Shown here one piece after another: positions 28,406 to 39,096 of a stretch of DNA of 64,000 nucleotides. Source of the DNA: Promethearchaeati archaeon SRVP18_Atabeyarchaeia-1 (GTDB taxonomy: Archaea > Asgardarchaeota > Atabeyarchaeia > Atabeyarchaeales > Atabeyarchaeaceae). A program made the position numbers and the translations under genes. The notes beneath the pieces were generated by a model. That model saw only the letters and a program-made list of their open reading frames with translations. It made no database searches and was not told the origin of the DNA. Where the stretch lies: the NCBI GenBank assembly GCA_037308085.1, contig CP147779.1, positions 384,001 to 448,000 of the forward strand, given 5' to 3'. Each line of letters starts with the position of its first letter. The stretch's first letter is position 1.

Positions 28406-29863
28406 GTGACTCAGATGGTAGAGCAACAACCTTATGCAGGTTTTTCTGAGAGCATAAATGAGACTGCCTCAAAGTTGCTGAACGAAATCTGCGGGCGCGC
28501 CAAGATAACTGTAATCTCCCACCTCGACTCAGATGGATTATCGGCAGCTGGAATCATATGCTCAGCCTTGCACAGATCAAATGCAAGATTCCATTTAAGA
28601 GTCCTGCGTCAACTCAGAAGGCAGAAAATCGAGGAACTAGCCCAAGAGCAGAAAGAAGTGTTCGTCTTTGTCGACCTAGGAAGTGGGCAGATTGATCAGA
28701 TAAGTGAATGCATGTCCAAGTCCAGAGTATTCATACTTGATCACCATCCGCCGGCGAACCCCGCTGCCAGAATATTTGCACATGTGAACCCGCATCTGTT
28801 CGGCATCGACGGAACAAACCAGGTTAGCGCATCGGGAGTAGCTTATTTCGTGGCAAAAGCCATGGATCCCTCTAACATCGCTCTCTCAGCCCTTGCTATT
28901 GTAGGGGCCATCGGAGACCAGCAGGACAAGGGCGAGCAACGGTCTCTGACTGGCTTGAATGCAGAAATAGTCAGAGATGCAGAGAAGGTCTCACTGGTTC
29001 AAGTGACTAAGGATATTAGACTTTTCGGAAGAGAGACCCGACCAATTCACGTGGCACTGGAGTATACGACAGAGCCATACGTGCCCGGTTTAACGGGAAA
29101 TGGAGACGCTTGCGCCAAGCTACTACTCAACCTTGGCATAAGGCTCAAGGAGGGAGAAACTTGGAGGACACTGTCGTCTCTAACACAAGAGGAGAAAACC
29201 AGGCTCGTGTCAGAGCTTGTCATGAGAATGATCTCAAGAGGAATGGATTCCAAAGATGCCGAGAGCATAATTGGGACAGTCTACACCTTCATCAAGGAGG
29301 ATAAGGGAACACCGCTTCGGGACGCTCGGGAATTCTCGTCATTACTAAATGCTTGTGGCAGAATGGGATACCCTGGTTTAGGTGTCGCCGTATGTATTGG
29401 AGACAGAGGAGAGGCTCTTAAGGAAACCCAGAACATACTCACGCAGTATCGTCGTAAGCTCGCGGAGTACCTAGAGTGGATCGAGAAACCCAACTTCGTC
29501 AAGGAGACCGAGCATCTTCAGTACTTCAATGGAGAGGACAAGATGGATGATCGGATGATAGGCCCAGTTACTTCAATCGCGATCGCTTCTCATATGTTGA
29601 AAACTGACAGACCCGTTGTAGCCCTTGCAAGCTCGGAAGACAACCTGACGAAGGTATCCGCTCGGGCTACAGATGAATTGGTCAAAAAAGGAATCAACCT
29701 TGGAAACGCAATAAGAGATGCCATTACCGGGATTAATGGGGAAGCAGAAGGCGGGGGGCACGACATCGCCGCTGGCGCCTTCATAACGCGAGGGCGTGAA
29801 GACATATTCTTGCTCAAGCTGGAAGATTCTATCAAGAAGCAGCTGGAAAACCGGAAATCATGA
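28406..29863 (+). CDS. RecJ-like DHH/DHHA1 phosphoesterase
   Basis: HLDSDG, DLGSG, DHH, LNACGR, GGGHDIAAGA; conserved position between S15 and S3Ae. Confidence 0.9.
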   Translation: MTQMVEQQPYAGFSESINETASKLLNEICGRAKITVISHLDSDGLSAAGIICSALHRSNARFHLRVLRQLRRQKIEELAQEQKEVFVFVDLGSGQIDQISECMSKSRVFILDHHPPANPAARIFAHVNPHLFGIDGTNQVSASGVAYFVAKAMDPSNIALSALAIVGAIGDQQDKGEQRSLTGLNAEIVRDAEKVSLVQVTKDIRLFGRETRPIHVALEYTTEPYVPGLTGNGDACAKLLLNLGIRLKEGETWRTLSSLTQEEKTRLVSELVMRMISRGMDSKDAESIIGTVYTFIKEDKGTPLRDAREFSSLLNACGRMGYPGLGVAVCIGDRGEALKETQNILTQYRRKLAEYLEWIEKPNFVKETEHLQYFNGEDKMDDRMIGPVTSIAIASHMLKTDRPVVALASSEDNLTKVSARATDELVKKGINLGNAIRDAITGINGEAEGGGHDIAAGAFITRGREDIFLLKLEDSIKKQLENRKS

Positions 29864-30058
29864 AACAAAGCTATCGCCGAATATTATGCAAAGGAACCGA
29901 AGATCGCTTTGGTCAAGCGATCGCCAAGCCAGTCAACTCCGGTCATGATCAGCCAACCCAAAAGAGTTAAATCTGGTTCGTATACATCGTCTTTGAAACA
30001 TTCCAGCGGATCGCATGACCTGCAAGTGACCTTCGTCGAAAGGAGGAGTAGCTTTAAT

Positions 30059-30628
30059 TTGTCAAGCACATGGAGAACCAAGACATGGTACAACGTTGTA
30101 GCCCCGTCATATTTCGGAAACGTCGAGATAGCAAGTACACCCTCAAGTACCATTGAAAAACTCGTTGGACGAGTGATAGAGACATCGCTATATGATCTCA
30201 CAGGCGACTTCTCTCTAGCTCACGTCAAGCTGTACTTCAAAGTGAAGGAGATCAGGGGAAGCAACGCCGTAACCTCCTTCAAAGGACACGACTTCGCACG
30301 CGACTACCTCCGCAGCCTAGTAAGGCGAGGAAGCAGCCGCATAGCAGGAATCTTCGACGTTACAACAAAGGACGGCTACAAACTAAGAGCCACCAGCATC
30401 GCATTCTCAGTAGGCAGAGCAAGAACCAGCCAAAAGAAGATCATACGCGCAATAATGAAAGACATCGTAGAGAAGAAAGGAAAAGACCTCAAATTCGACA
30501 GCTTCGTCCAAGAAGCAGTCCTCGGCAAAATAGGATCAGAAATCTACAACGAAGCAAAGAAAACGCTTCCTTTACGGAAATGCGAAATAACCAAAACCAA
30601 GTTGCTCAGGGAGCCTGGAGTGACATGA
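30059..30628 (+). CDS. rps3ae: 30S ribosomal protein S3Ae (eS1)
   Basis: WYNVVAP, GRVIETSLYDLTGD, DYLRSLVRRGSS; GGAGG precedes TTG 30059. Confidence 0.95.
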   Translation: MSSTWRTKTWYNVVAPSYFGNVEIASTPSSTIEKLVGRVIETSLYDLTGDFSLAHVKLYFKVKEIRGSNAVTSFKGHDFARDYLRSLVRRGSSRIAGIFDVTTKDGYKLRATSIAFSVGRARTSQKKIIRAIMKDIVEKKGKDLKFDSFVQEAVLGKIGSEIYNEAKKTLPLRKCEITKTKLLREPGVT

Positions 30629-30637
30629 TGATGCCGG

Positions 30638-30645
30638 TCTTTTTT
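30638..30645 (+). terminator. Oligo-T terminator candidate between convergent genes
   Basis: T7 tract just after the rps3ae stop. Confidence 0.4.
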
Positions 30646-30657
30646 GGGGCTGGTTGG

Positions 30658-31593
30658 CTAGTAGAGGCCGCCTGCTATTAGGGGCTTTATCCTGGCATAG
30701 CTTTCTTTGATTTGTGGGATCTCCTTCCCTAGAACGTACTCCTTAGTCTCTCGAATCGTTCTAAGCAGTTGGGGGTCTCCCGTGGAGTATCCTCCGGCCA
30801 GTCCTTGCATTAGGAATCTTGTTAGGAATACTTCATCTGTTCCCGGTTGGGACAGTATGATGCCAGGGAGGTCCATCATGTATTCGCGGGCCTCGGTGGC
30901 GAGTCTAATTGTGTCAGGGGGATCAACGTACTTCGCCACTTTGCGCTTGGCCCATTCTCCCAGCTCGTTTCCAACAAGTATCCTGTTGGCGAATTCTGGG
31001 TGAGAGCTGAGGATTTTTAGACCTTGTTCGGTGGAGTACGTATTGGGGTCCGAGCAGTGCTCCTCAAGTTCCTTAAACGCGTCCTTGAATGCGGTGAAAA
31101 CCTTTACGGCCAATACGCCTCGGTCATACTCCTGGATGGACGAAGGCTTGTCGATGATCGAAAACGGTATCTCCACAGCGTGCTCATTTACAATGAGGTC
31201 GGTGACCCCATCATACTCCTTCCGCGCCGAACTTATGACGTCCAGTAGATGCGGAGAGATCACGATTCCAGAGACCTCTCTGCAGTCTAAGACTAGACCG
31301 CCCCCAACCCGGAAGGTGGAGTGGAATACTCCCGGTCCCACGACAAGAAGATGTACGTCCTCTGGCGAGGTGCCAACGACGTGGATGGAGCTAACCAGCA
31401 TGATTACCCAGTTTCTCACTATCTTCTCGATCTCTCTTCCGCGGTATAGCCATTTCCGAGAGTCGATTCCCATAAGGTCATTCCAGTCCTTAATAAGAAA
31501 CAGCAATTTGACGTTGCTCGAGAAATTCCTTCCAGCGATCATTTCCGCAAGAAACGACCTAGAGATGATGCCAGCCATTTCTAATTCCTCCAA
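30658..31593 (-). CDS. Hypothetical protein
   Basis: 311-aa ORF filling the gap between convergent genes; no motif recognised. Confidence 0.65.
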   Translation of the reverse strand: MEELEMAGIISRSFLAEMIAGRNFSSNVKLLFLIKDWNDLMGIDSRKWLYRGREIEKIVRNWVIMLVSSIHVVGTSPEDVHLLVVGPGVFHSTFRVGGGLVLDCREVSGIVISPHLLDVISSARKEYDGVTDLIVNEHAVEIPFSIIDKPSSIQEYDRGVLAVKVFTAFKDAFKELEEHCSDPNTYSTEQGLKILSSHPEFANRILVGNELGEWAKRKVAKYVDPPDTIRLATEAREYMMDLPGIILSQPGTDEVFLTRFLMQGLAGGYSTGDPQLLRTIRETKEYVLGKEIPQIKESYARIKPLIAGGLY

Positions 31594-31789
31594 AGACCGT
31601 AATCCAACTCACTCAGAGAAGCCGCGCTCCCCCTTTATTTGCCAGTTTCAGAGCACGGAATGATTCACTGATAGATTTAAGTCTTCCTTCCTACCCGTGA
31701 TCTGCAAGCAGGTTCTATCACCGTGATAGCTGTACGATCGATTGTCAATCCTCTGGAATAGATTCTGTTGGCTAGGGCGTTGTGGAAGT

Positions 31790-33421
31790 TTGGCAAAGGT
31801 CTTTGAAACCAACTCAATCAGGAAGGATCTTAGAAAGGTAAGAACGAAGTTTGCGATATGCTATCCCGAACCATACAGGGTCGGAATGTCCTGCATGGCG
31901 ATCCATACGATCTATTCCATGCTTAATTCTCTTAGAGACGTCGCATGTGAGAGAGCATTCCTTCAGCCTGCTTCTCCAGATGGAACGCGAACACTTGAGT
32001 CAAACATGCCACTCAAGAAGATGAACGCTGTTGGATTCTCACTGCAATATGAGATTGACTACGTTAATGTTCTAAGAATGCTTCTGGACTCTCATATACC
32101 ACTTCTTTCGAGGGACCGAAGTGAAGAGGATCCACTGATCATCGCTGGCGGACCCTGCGCGACTGGAAACCCCGAACCAATGTCCGATTTCGTTGATGTT
32201 TTCACAATAGGGGAGGCTGAGGTAATTCTACCTGGACTCCTAAACCGATTGGCGGAAACCAAGAATCCCAGAGCACATATCTCTGATCTCTTGGATGTAG
32301 GGGGATTATACATACCAACGCTGGACCAACGTTCAGTCAGCCGAATCTGGGTCCGGGATCTTGATGTTGCCCCGCACCCAATAAGCCAAGTTATTCCACA
32401 TGTCAACGGCAGGAGCAGTTTTTCACCTGTATTTGGAGAGACATTTCTGGCAGAAGCCACGCGGGGTTGCGGACGTGGATGCCGGTTCTGCTACATTGGA
32501 CACATCGGGAGACCATTCAGGCAAAGAACCCTGGCCAACATGGAAGATATAATCGAGCGGGGAACTCAACATACTGGAGTCACTAAGGTCTCTTTGATAG
32601 GTTCCGGACTTTCGGACCACTCCCATCTAGTTGATCTTTGTGGGTGGATTGTCGACAATCAGAAACTCAGTCTTTCACTTTCCTCTCTTAGAGCAGACGC
32701 AACGTCGCAAGAACTACTTGGAATCCTTGCTAGGGGCGGGGAGAGAACGGTGACGATTGCCCCGGAAACCGGATCGGAAACCCTAAGGAGAACCCTAAAC
32801 AAGAAGATCACCGACGAAGACATCATGTGCACCGCAAAAGGCGCACTTGAAGCTGGTCTCCGAAACATCAAGTTGTACTTCATGATTGGTTTGCCGGGCG
32901 AGGAGGAGCAGGACGTTCAAGAAATCAGCAGGTTGGTTCAGCGTATTGCCAAACTGGGCTACCAATCTAGGTCTATAAGGCTGAGCATAAATCCATTTGT
33001 ACCGAAACCACATACGTCGTTCCAGTGGTTCCCGCAAGCACCTCTGGCTGGCCTTGAATCCAAACTCAAGGCAATCCGGTCCAGCCTCGGTTCGCAGGCA
33101 AAAGTAGACGTAGAAACACTCGATCTGAGATGGGCCAGAATAGAAACCATATTATCCGTGGCGGATCGCACAATCGCCGATGCACTGAAGTATGTTGCAG
33201 AATCGGGTGGAACACTTGGTGCTTGGAGGCGTGCCATGACTAAATATCCAGCCTCATTTTCCCCTAAGAAGCTCTACGACCACAGTCAGAATAGCTTACC
33301 CTGGGGGAAGATCAACGTCGGAATGAATAAGGATTTTCTGAAACAGGAAATGAGCAAATCGCTGAATGGTGAAGAATCCAGTTCATGTTTGGACGGATGC
33401 CTAGCCTGCGGGATCTGCTGA
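31790..33421 (+). CDS. Radical SAM protein with N-terminal B12-binding-like domain
   Basis: RGCGRGCRFC, AGGPC..NPEP, IAPETGSE, KLYFMIGLP, FVPKPHT. Confidence 0.88.
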   Translation: MAKVFETNSIRKDLRKVRTKFAICYPEPYRVGMSCMAIHTIYSMLNSLRDVACERAFLQPASPDGTRTLESNMPLKKMNAVGFSLQYEIDYVNVLRMLLDSHIPLLSRDRSEEDPLIIAGGPCATGNPEPMSDFVDVFTIGEAEVILPGLLNRLAETKNPRAHISDLLDVGGLYIPTLDQRSVSRIWVRDLDVAPHPISQVIPHVNGRSSFSPVFGETFLAEATRGCGRGCRFCYIGHIGRPFRQRTLANMEDIIERGTQHTGVTKVSLIGSGLSDHSHLVDLCGWIVDNQKLSLSLSSLRADATSQELLGILARGGERTVTIAPETGSETLRRTLNKKITDEDIMCTAKGALEAGLRNIKLYFMIGLPGEEEQDVQEISRLVQRIAKLGYQSRSIRLSINPFVPKPHTSFQWFPQAPLAGLESKLKAIRSSLGSQAKVDVETLDLRWARIETILSVADRTIADALKYVAESGGTLGAWRRAMTKYPASFSPKKLYDHSQNSLPWGKINVGMNKDFLKQEMSKSLNGEESSSCLDGCLACGIC

Positions 33422-33496
33422 ATCATTTGTGGAACAGCATGACGATTCAACAGAAAAATAGATTAAACAAGTTGTGCGTAATTTGTTAGCAGCGAA

Positions 33497-33883
33497 GTGG
33501 CTAGAATGGAATTCGAAAATAGGGAGTTCAGGAGAAAATTCCCACATCTTTACGAGGAACTCGGAGAACCCGAAGAAGAAGATTCGATTCGCCCAATCGA
33601 CCAAGACAAGAATCCCCTATTGGCCGGCGATTGCACAAGTGAAGTGATTTCTTACTTAAGACGCGCCCGTACAGACGATGAGGCACTGGAAGTAATCAGT
33701 TACCTGAAGGGAAGGGGAGAGATCTTGGAAGAACAAGCTAGTGACTTGAGAAGACAGATCGAGGAAAGAGGAGTAAGATCCTTCGGCGATCTCGAGACAT
33801 GGGGACACTACGAAAAGGAGTTCAGAAAGAAGACAAAGAAAGACACCAACGAGGAAGAAAAGGAAGATCAGCCCGTTGATTAG
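33497..33883 (+). CDS. DUF2095-like conserved archaeal protein
   Basis: EFRRKFPHLYEEL, YLRRA..DEALEVISYL, GVRSFG. Confidence 0.75.
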   Translation: MARMEFENREFRRKFPHLYEELGEPEEEDSIRPIDQDKNPLLAGDCTSEVISYLRRARTDDEALEVISYLKGRGEILEEQASDLRRQIEERGVRSFGDLETWGHYEKEFRKKTKKDTNEEEKEDQPVD

Positions 33884-33962
33884 GACCCTGAAGTAGCCAC
33901 GCGGGGTCTCGATTCCCTGAGCTACCCGTATCAGCAAACGAAGAATAGGGAGGTTCTTTGGC

Positions 33963-35177
33963 GTGGCGGGTATCGGTATAGTCGGAAAGCCAGCCTCTGG
34001 AAAGACAACTTTGACAAATGCAGCTTGCATGACCTCTTACAAAGTGACGGGTGTACCTTTTACAACAATTGACGCACAGTTTGGGGTCACATACGTCAGA
34101 GTCAAGTGCTGTTGCAAGGAGCTTGGTGTCAAAGACAACCCAAGAAATTCAAAATGTATCGATGGCGTAAGGTATGTCCCTGTAAAGCTTGTTGATGTCG
34201 CGGGCCTTATACCTGGAAGTCACACGGGCAAGGGCCTAGGTAACCAATTCCTGACTGACATGGCTGAACAATCCTCGGCGCTTATCCAGGTTGTCGACGC
34301 TTCAGGTTCCTCCGATTTCGAAGGCAAGATGGTTGGACCTGGAACACATGACCCTGTCGAAGATGTGAAATTTCTTGAACAGGAAATAGACCTCTGGCTA
34401 CTTGATATCATAAAGAGGGATTGGGCTAAAATCGCGGCGAGGGCTGAGGGCGAAAGAAAACCTTTAGCGCCTCTCTTGCTAGAGAAGCTTTCTGGTTTGG
34501 GTATCACAATGTCACAAGTTGCGGAGGCTATGGCAAAAACAGGGCTAAAAACTGAACGTCCAAAGTCCATAGGTGAGAGGGAGCTGCAGAACTTGGCTTC
34601 ATCTCTGAGGAGAATAGCTAAACCTATGTTGATAGCTGCCAACAAGATCGATATCAAGTCTGCCGACTCAAATCTTGTTCGCATGAGAGAGCTTCTAAAA
34701 GACTACTTTGTGATTCCAACGTGCGGACTCGGGGAATATGCCCTCAGAAAGCTCAGTGACAACGGAATCATAGCATACAACCCAGGCGACATAGACTTCA
34801 GAATACTTGAACCGGAAAAGATCTCAGAAAAAGAAAAGGAGTCTTTGACCAGATTAAAGAAGGAGGTTCTCCAGAAATATGGCTCTACTGGGGTTCAGGA
34901 TGCAATCGACAAAGCCGTCTTCGGGCTACTGAAGATGATCTACGTATTTCCAGTAGAGGATCAGAACAGCTTCACCGACCACGAAGGAAGAGTCTTGCCT
35001 GATGTATTCTTGGCTCCACTCGGAACCACCCCCAAGGAGCTGGCATACATGATACACACGGACCTTGGTGAGACCTATGCCGGAGCCATCGACGCGAAAC
35101 GGAAAACGAGAGTAAGAGAGGACTACCAGCTAAAGAATGGTGATGTTATCAAGATCATAGCTGCGGGAGCAAAGTGA
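33963..35177 (+). CDS. ychF: Obg-family YchF/Ola1-like NTPase with TGS domain
   Basis: GKPASGKTT, PFTTI, DVAGL, GLGNQFL, NKID, IHTDL. Confidence 0.9.
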   Translation: MAGIGIVGKPASGKTTLTNAACMTSYKVTGVPFTTIDAQFGVTYVRVKCCCKELGVKDNPRNSKCIDGVRYVPVKLVDVAGLIPGSHTGKGLGNQFLTDMAEQSSALIQVVDASGSSDFEGKMVGPGTHDPVEDVKFLEQEIDLWLLDIIKRDWAKIAARAEGERKPLAPLLLEKLSGLGITMSQVAEAMAKTGLKTERPKSIGERELQNLASSLRRIAKPMLIAANKIDIKSADSNLVRMRELLKDYFVIPTCGLGEYALRKLSDNGIIAYNPGDIDFRILEPEKISEKEKESLTRLKKEVLQKYGSTGVQDAIDKAVFGLLKMIYVFPVEDQNSFTDHEGRVLPDVFLAPLGTTPKELAYMIHTDLGETYAGAIDAKRKTRVREDYQLKNGDVIKIIAAGAK

Positions 35178-35273
35178 AACATGCTCCGAACTGGCAGGTC
35201 TAAGGCAACATAAGCTTTAATATGAGTTGACGTAAAGTTCAAATCCGAGTCAGAAGTCAGCGGAGGAAAACCA

Positions 35274-36635
35274 ATGAAAATCGTCGTAATTGGTGCTGGG
35301 GCTGCTGGAACTAGCGCCGCACTGGAGACTAGGAAAGTGAACAGGGAAGCGGAGGTCACTGTGATAAACAGCGAGGAATATCCAGAGTACTCAAGGTGCG
35401 GTTTGCCTTATGCAGTCTCAGGGCACATCCCTAAATTCGAAAACCTGATACTTCATGATGAAGGCTGGTATGACAAGTTTGGAAAAGTAAAGCTAATGCT
35501 CAGATCAGAAGTGACCGAAATCGTTCCGAGCTCGAATTTGGTGAAGGTAAGACATGAAGGTGGGGCAGAAGAAGAGCTACAATACGACTCCCTTATAATA
35601 GCCACAGGCTCGAAGCCAAGCTCTCCGCCAATCCTAGGCTTGAACAAGAAGGGAATACTCAGTCTGAGGACGATTGGCGATGGCAAGAATATAATGACTG
35701 CAGGGGCTCGTGGAAAAAAGGCTATCGTTGTCGGCGCCGGACTGATCGGCTTGGAACTTGCCGAGGCGCTGCACGCAAGAGGCGCACACGTCACGGTTAT
35801 CGAGTTTCTGCCGAACGTCCTACTTGCAATGGTCGACGAAGATATTGCCGATGTAGTAAGAAAGAAAATCGAGGAGGCGGGCGTGAAGCTTCTACTGAAT
35901 ACTAAGGTCGACGAAGCCATTGGCCAGGACAGGGTTCAGGGGGTTGTGGCGACTAACCGCCAGACAAATCAAAAGATAACTGTCGAAGCAGACATCCTTG
36001 TACTCGCTGCAGGCATAAAACCGGATACGACACTCGCTGAGAAATCAGGGGTTGCGCTTGGGCCCGCAAAAGCAATCAAAGTCGACGAGCACATGAGAAC
36101 CAACATAAAGGGTATTTACTCTGCAGGCGAATGCACTGAGTACCTTGATTTCATTACAGGCACCCCAGTCAGAGTAGGATTAGGTACAATCGCAGTAAGG
36201 CAAGGCAAAGTGGCCGGCATAAACGCGGCTGGAGGCAATGCGACGATGGAGCCACTACTAAATACTAGGGTAACAGAGCTGTTTGGACTCGAGATCGCTG
36301 GCGTTGGACCTCTATCAGAAGCAGCCACCAAGGCCGGAATCAAACTAATTACAGGCAAGTTCAGAGGATCTACTCTTCCTGAATACATGCCGGACGGGAA
36401 GGAGATTGTCGTCAAGGTTTTGGCTAACGAACAGGGTAAGATCGTTGGAGCACAGATCGTCGGTGAGGAGCAAGTTGCACAAAGAATAAATGTCTTCGCA
36501 GCGGCCATCTTGAAGGGAACCACCGTTGAAGAATTCTCAATGCTGGAGACATGCTATGCTCCGCCAATTGCACCTACCTGGGACTCTATTACTATTGCTG
36601 CGGAGTCTGTGGCGAAAAAACTGAAAAGAAGATAG
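35274..36635 (+). CDS. FAD-dependent pyridine nucleotide-disulfide oxidoreductase (NADH oxidase/CoA-disulfide reductase family)
   Basis: GAGAAG, YSRCGLPY, VGAGLIGLE, YAPP. Confidence 0.9.
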   Translation: MKIVVIGAGAAGTSAALETRKVNREAEVTVINSEEYPEYSRCGLPYAVSGHIPKFENLILHDEGWYDKFGKVKLMLRSEVTEIVPSSNLVKVRHEGGAEEELQYDSLIIATGSKPSSPPILGLNKKGILSLRTIGDGKNIMTAGARGKKAIVVGAGLIGLELAEALHARGAHVTVIEFLPNVLLAMVDEDIADVVRKKIEEAGVKLLLNTKVDEAIGQDRVQGVVATNRQTNQKITVEADILVLAAGIKPDTTLAEKSGVALGPAKAIKVDEHMRTNIKGIYSAGECTEYLDFITGTPVRVGLGTIAVRQGKVAGINAAGGNATMEPLLNTRVTELFGLEIAGVGPLSEAATKAGIKLITGKFRGSTLPEYMPDGKEIVVKVLANEQGKIVGAQIVGEEQVAQRINVFAAAILKGTTVEEFSMLETCYAPPIAPTWDSITIAAESVAKKLKRR

Positions 36636-36639
36636 AGAC

Positions 36640-37602
36640 CTATTTTCCTCCTGCCCCTTTCTTTTTAAAGGCCTCTATTATTTTCGTTGAGATTATCTCA
36701 CCAGCCGCCTCCTGAGCCTCAGCGGTTTGGGCGCCTATATGTGGTGTACAGACCACTTTTGGCGATTTCACTAAGTCGAGACTCTTTGGAGGTTCATCCT
36801 CGAAGACATCTAATCCGGCGCCACCGATTCTGCCATCATTAATCGCCTTTAGTAGCGCAGACTCATCTATCACTCCCCCTCGAGATGCGTTTACTATTAC
36901 TGCACCCTTCTTCATTAGGGAGAATTCCTTGTCTCCAAACATATGATGAGTCTCAGGCGAGGAGGGAACATGGACTGTAACGAAGTCTGACAGTCTCATT
37001 AGCTTCTCGAGTGCACTTCGATCCGCTCCTGAAGCTTCAACGCCGATCCCTGCGGCGCCGGTCAATGAGGAGGGCGAGACGTCATATGCCAAGACCTTCA
37101 TTTCAAATGCAATCGCTCGCTTCGCGACCTCTTTGCCTATTCTTCCAAATCCTACGATTCCCAGAGTTTTCCCCCTCAACTCGGAGCCATTGAGACTCTG
37201 TTTGATCCATTTCCCTTGTTTTAGAGCTGCGTCAGCAATGTTAATGCTCCGCGCTATCGAAAGCATAAAACCGATAACTAGCTCCGCAACTGATACCGAT
37301 GGGGCTTCTGGTGAGTTCAACACGGTGATGTTTCTGGCCTTTGCCGCATTCACATCGACGTTGTCCAAGCCGACACCGGTCCGCGCAATCACTTTCAGCC
37401 TCGACCCAGCCTGTATAACCTGTGCCGTGACTTTCGTCCTGGATCTCACTATCAAAGCATCGAAATCTCCTATGGTTTTCATAATCGCATCCTGGTCCAG
37501 CTCTCTTGAAACCACTTCAAAACCTGCATCAGTCAGATTCTTGATGGCCGCACTGCTAATAGGGTCATTGACCAATATTCTAACCTTGTATTTCTTACTC
37601 AA
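36640..37602 (-). CDS. serA: D-3-phosphoglycerate dehydrogenase-like D-2-hydroxyacid dehydrogenase (no ACT domain)
   Basis: VRSRTKVT, GVGLDNVD, GFGRIG, NASRGG, TPHIGAQT. Confidence 0.85.
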   Translation of the reverse strand: MSKKYKVRILVNDPISSAAIKNLTDAGFEVVSRELDQDAIMKTIGDFDALIVRSRTKVTAQVIQAGSRLKVIARTGVGLDNVDVNAAKARNITVLNSPEAPSVSVAELVIGFMLSIARSINIADAALKQGKWIKQSLNGSELRGKTLGIVGFGRIGKEVAKRAIAFEMKVLAYDVSPSSLTGAAGIGVEASGADRSALEKLMRLSDFVTVHVPSSPETHHMFGDKEFSLMKKGAVIVNASRGGVIDESALLKAINDGRIGGAGLDVFEDEPPKSLDLVKSPKVVCTPHIGAQTAEAQEAAGEIISTKIIEAFKKKGAGGK

Positions 37603-37714
37603 GGCAAGTCACCACCGGTTGAAACTTGTTCACAAGTTGGTTTTAAGTTTACTTATAGGGCACCCGCTGGACTTAAAAGAGAAAAATTTAAGTGTAAAAG
37701 ACTGTTGTAAACTT

Positions 37715-37825
37715 TAACACCGTTCCGTAGATCATTTCTAGGGGACGATTTCTTCGGAAGTCTGCAGTGGGACAACGCAACAGCGAGCCGGGTAAGGGCT
37801 GAACCCCGCAAGGTGAGGAAGCAGT
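37715..37825 (+). promoter_or_regulatory. Structured 5' leader of rpl15e (candidate r-leader)
   Basis: GATTTC-TTCG-GAAGTC hairpin at 37747-37762; CC-GCAA-GG; TATA-like TTTAAG near 37687. Confidence 0.45.
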
Positions 37826-38416
37826 TTGACTTCGATATATGAGCATATGGAGAAACGCTGGAGAAACCGCGAAAACGATCCAGAGTACAAGAAGCTGACA
37901 TGGGAGCGTCTGATTAAGTGGAGACGCGAACATACGGTAACACGAGTCGACAGACCGACGAGACTGGACCGCGCTAGAAGGCTTGGATACAAGGCTAAAC
38001 AAGGCTACATAATTGCCCGAGTCAGAACCAGAAGAGGATCGCTCAACAGAATAAGACCTGTAGCGGGGAGAAGACCAACAAAGCTCGGTGTGAATCGCAT
38101 CACGTTGAGCAAGAACTACCGATGGGTGGCGGAAGAGAAAGCTGCGAGGAGATTCCCGAACCTCACAGTTCTGAATTCATATTATGTTGCCGAAGACGGT
38201 AGATATAAGTGGCATGAGGTAGTCTTGGTCGACCCGCATCATCCAGTCATCATAAGGGACCCAAATATCAACTGGGTATGTAATCCCATTCACCAAAGCA
38301 GAGTTTTTAGGGGACTCACGAGTGCCGGAAAGAAGTCTCGGGGACTGAGGAGAAAAGGCTTGGGTGCCGAGAAGGTAAGACCATCACTGCTCGCCCATGG
38401 GCACCGTGCCAAGTGA
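37826..38416 (+). CDS. rpl15e: 50S ribosomal protein L15e
   Basis: [31 protein letters not shown]. Confidence 0.97.
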   Translation: MTSIYEHMEKRWRNRENDPEYKKLTWERLIKWRREHTVTRVDRPTRLDRARRLGYKAKQGYIIARVRTRRGSLNRIRPVAGRRPTKLGVNRITLSKNYRWVAEEKAARRFPNLTVLNSYYVAEDGRYKWHEVVLVDPHHPVIIRDPNINWVCNPIHQSRVFRGLTSAGKKSRGLRRKGLGAEKVRPSLLAHGHRAK

Positions 38417-38496
38417 AGTTAGAACAAGTCGCCTTACCTCAGCTTCACACGTCAAAAACTGGATCTATCCGTTTTCAGACAGGGTAGTGGATAGTA

Positions 38497-38952
38497 TTGA
38501 GCGAGATACACGTTACAGAAATCAGTATGGAAGTTTTCAGCCACGCCACCGAAGAACCGTCAAAGGTGCTGAAGGCATTGTTCTCGGTGGTACCGGCCAA
38601 TTGTAGAAGCAAACTAGATGTTAAGGAAGAAGCGGTTAGAGGATACTTCAGGAATCCAATAATCATCTATCGTGCGAAGTTGCCGAGGAGGCAAGAGGCA
38701 GAGGACACCTTCTCAATGCTCGCGCAAGGGGTAATAGACGACGACAAGGTCCGTCTAGGCAAGGAAATTGAGCGCCGAATAGACGATTCGGGCAAGCTGT
38801 TTCTTCGACTCGATAAGCAAGCCGCATATATGGGAGAGATTGCAGTACGACAGGACGATGATACGATCAAGATGACAATTCGCTTTACAGGCTATCCGGC
38901 CAGAAAAGACAGGATAATCAATACTTGCAGAGAAACCGGGCTAATCCGGTGA
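38497..38952 (+). CDS. RNA-binding protein (DUF54-like)
   Basis: FSHATEE..KV, GYFRNPI, LRLDKQAA. Confidence 0.85.
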   Translation: MSEIHVTEISMEVFSHATEEPSKVLKALFSVVPANCRSKLDVKEEAVRGYFRNPIIIYRAKLPRRQEAEDTFSMLAQGVIDDDKVRLGKEIERRIDDSGKLFLRLDKQAAYMGEIAVRQDDDTIKMTIRFTGYPARKDRIINTCRETGLIR

Positions 38953-39096
38953 AGGGCTTGCCAGAAGGACAGGATTCTGACACTTTTCAAAGAGATTCTG
39001 TTTCGACTCTACGGATTAGTACGGGGATTCAGGTTCCAACCATACGGGAGACAGTCACCTTATTTGCATAATCGCGGCTGAATGAGCTGAACAATC

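Noticed and set aside
37715-37825. SRP RNA or RNase P RNA
   Set aside because: GGAAGCAG and GAGGAA resemble parts of these RNAs, but the region is far too short and lacks the partner conserved helices.
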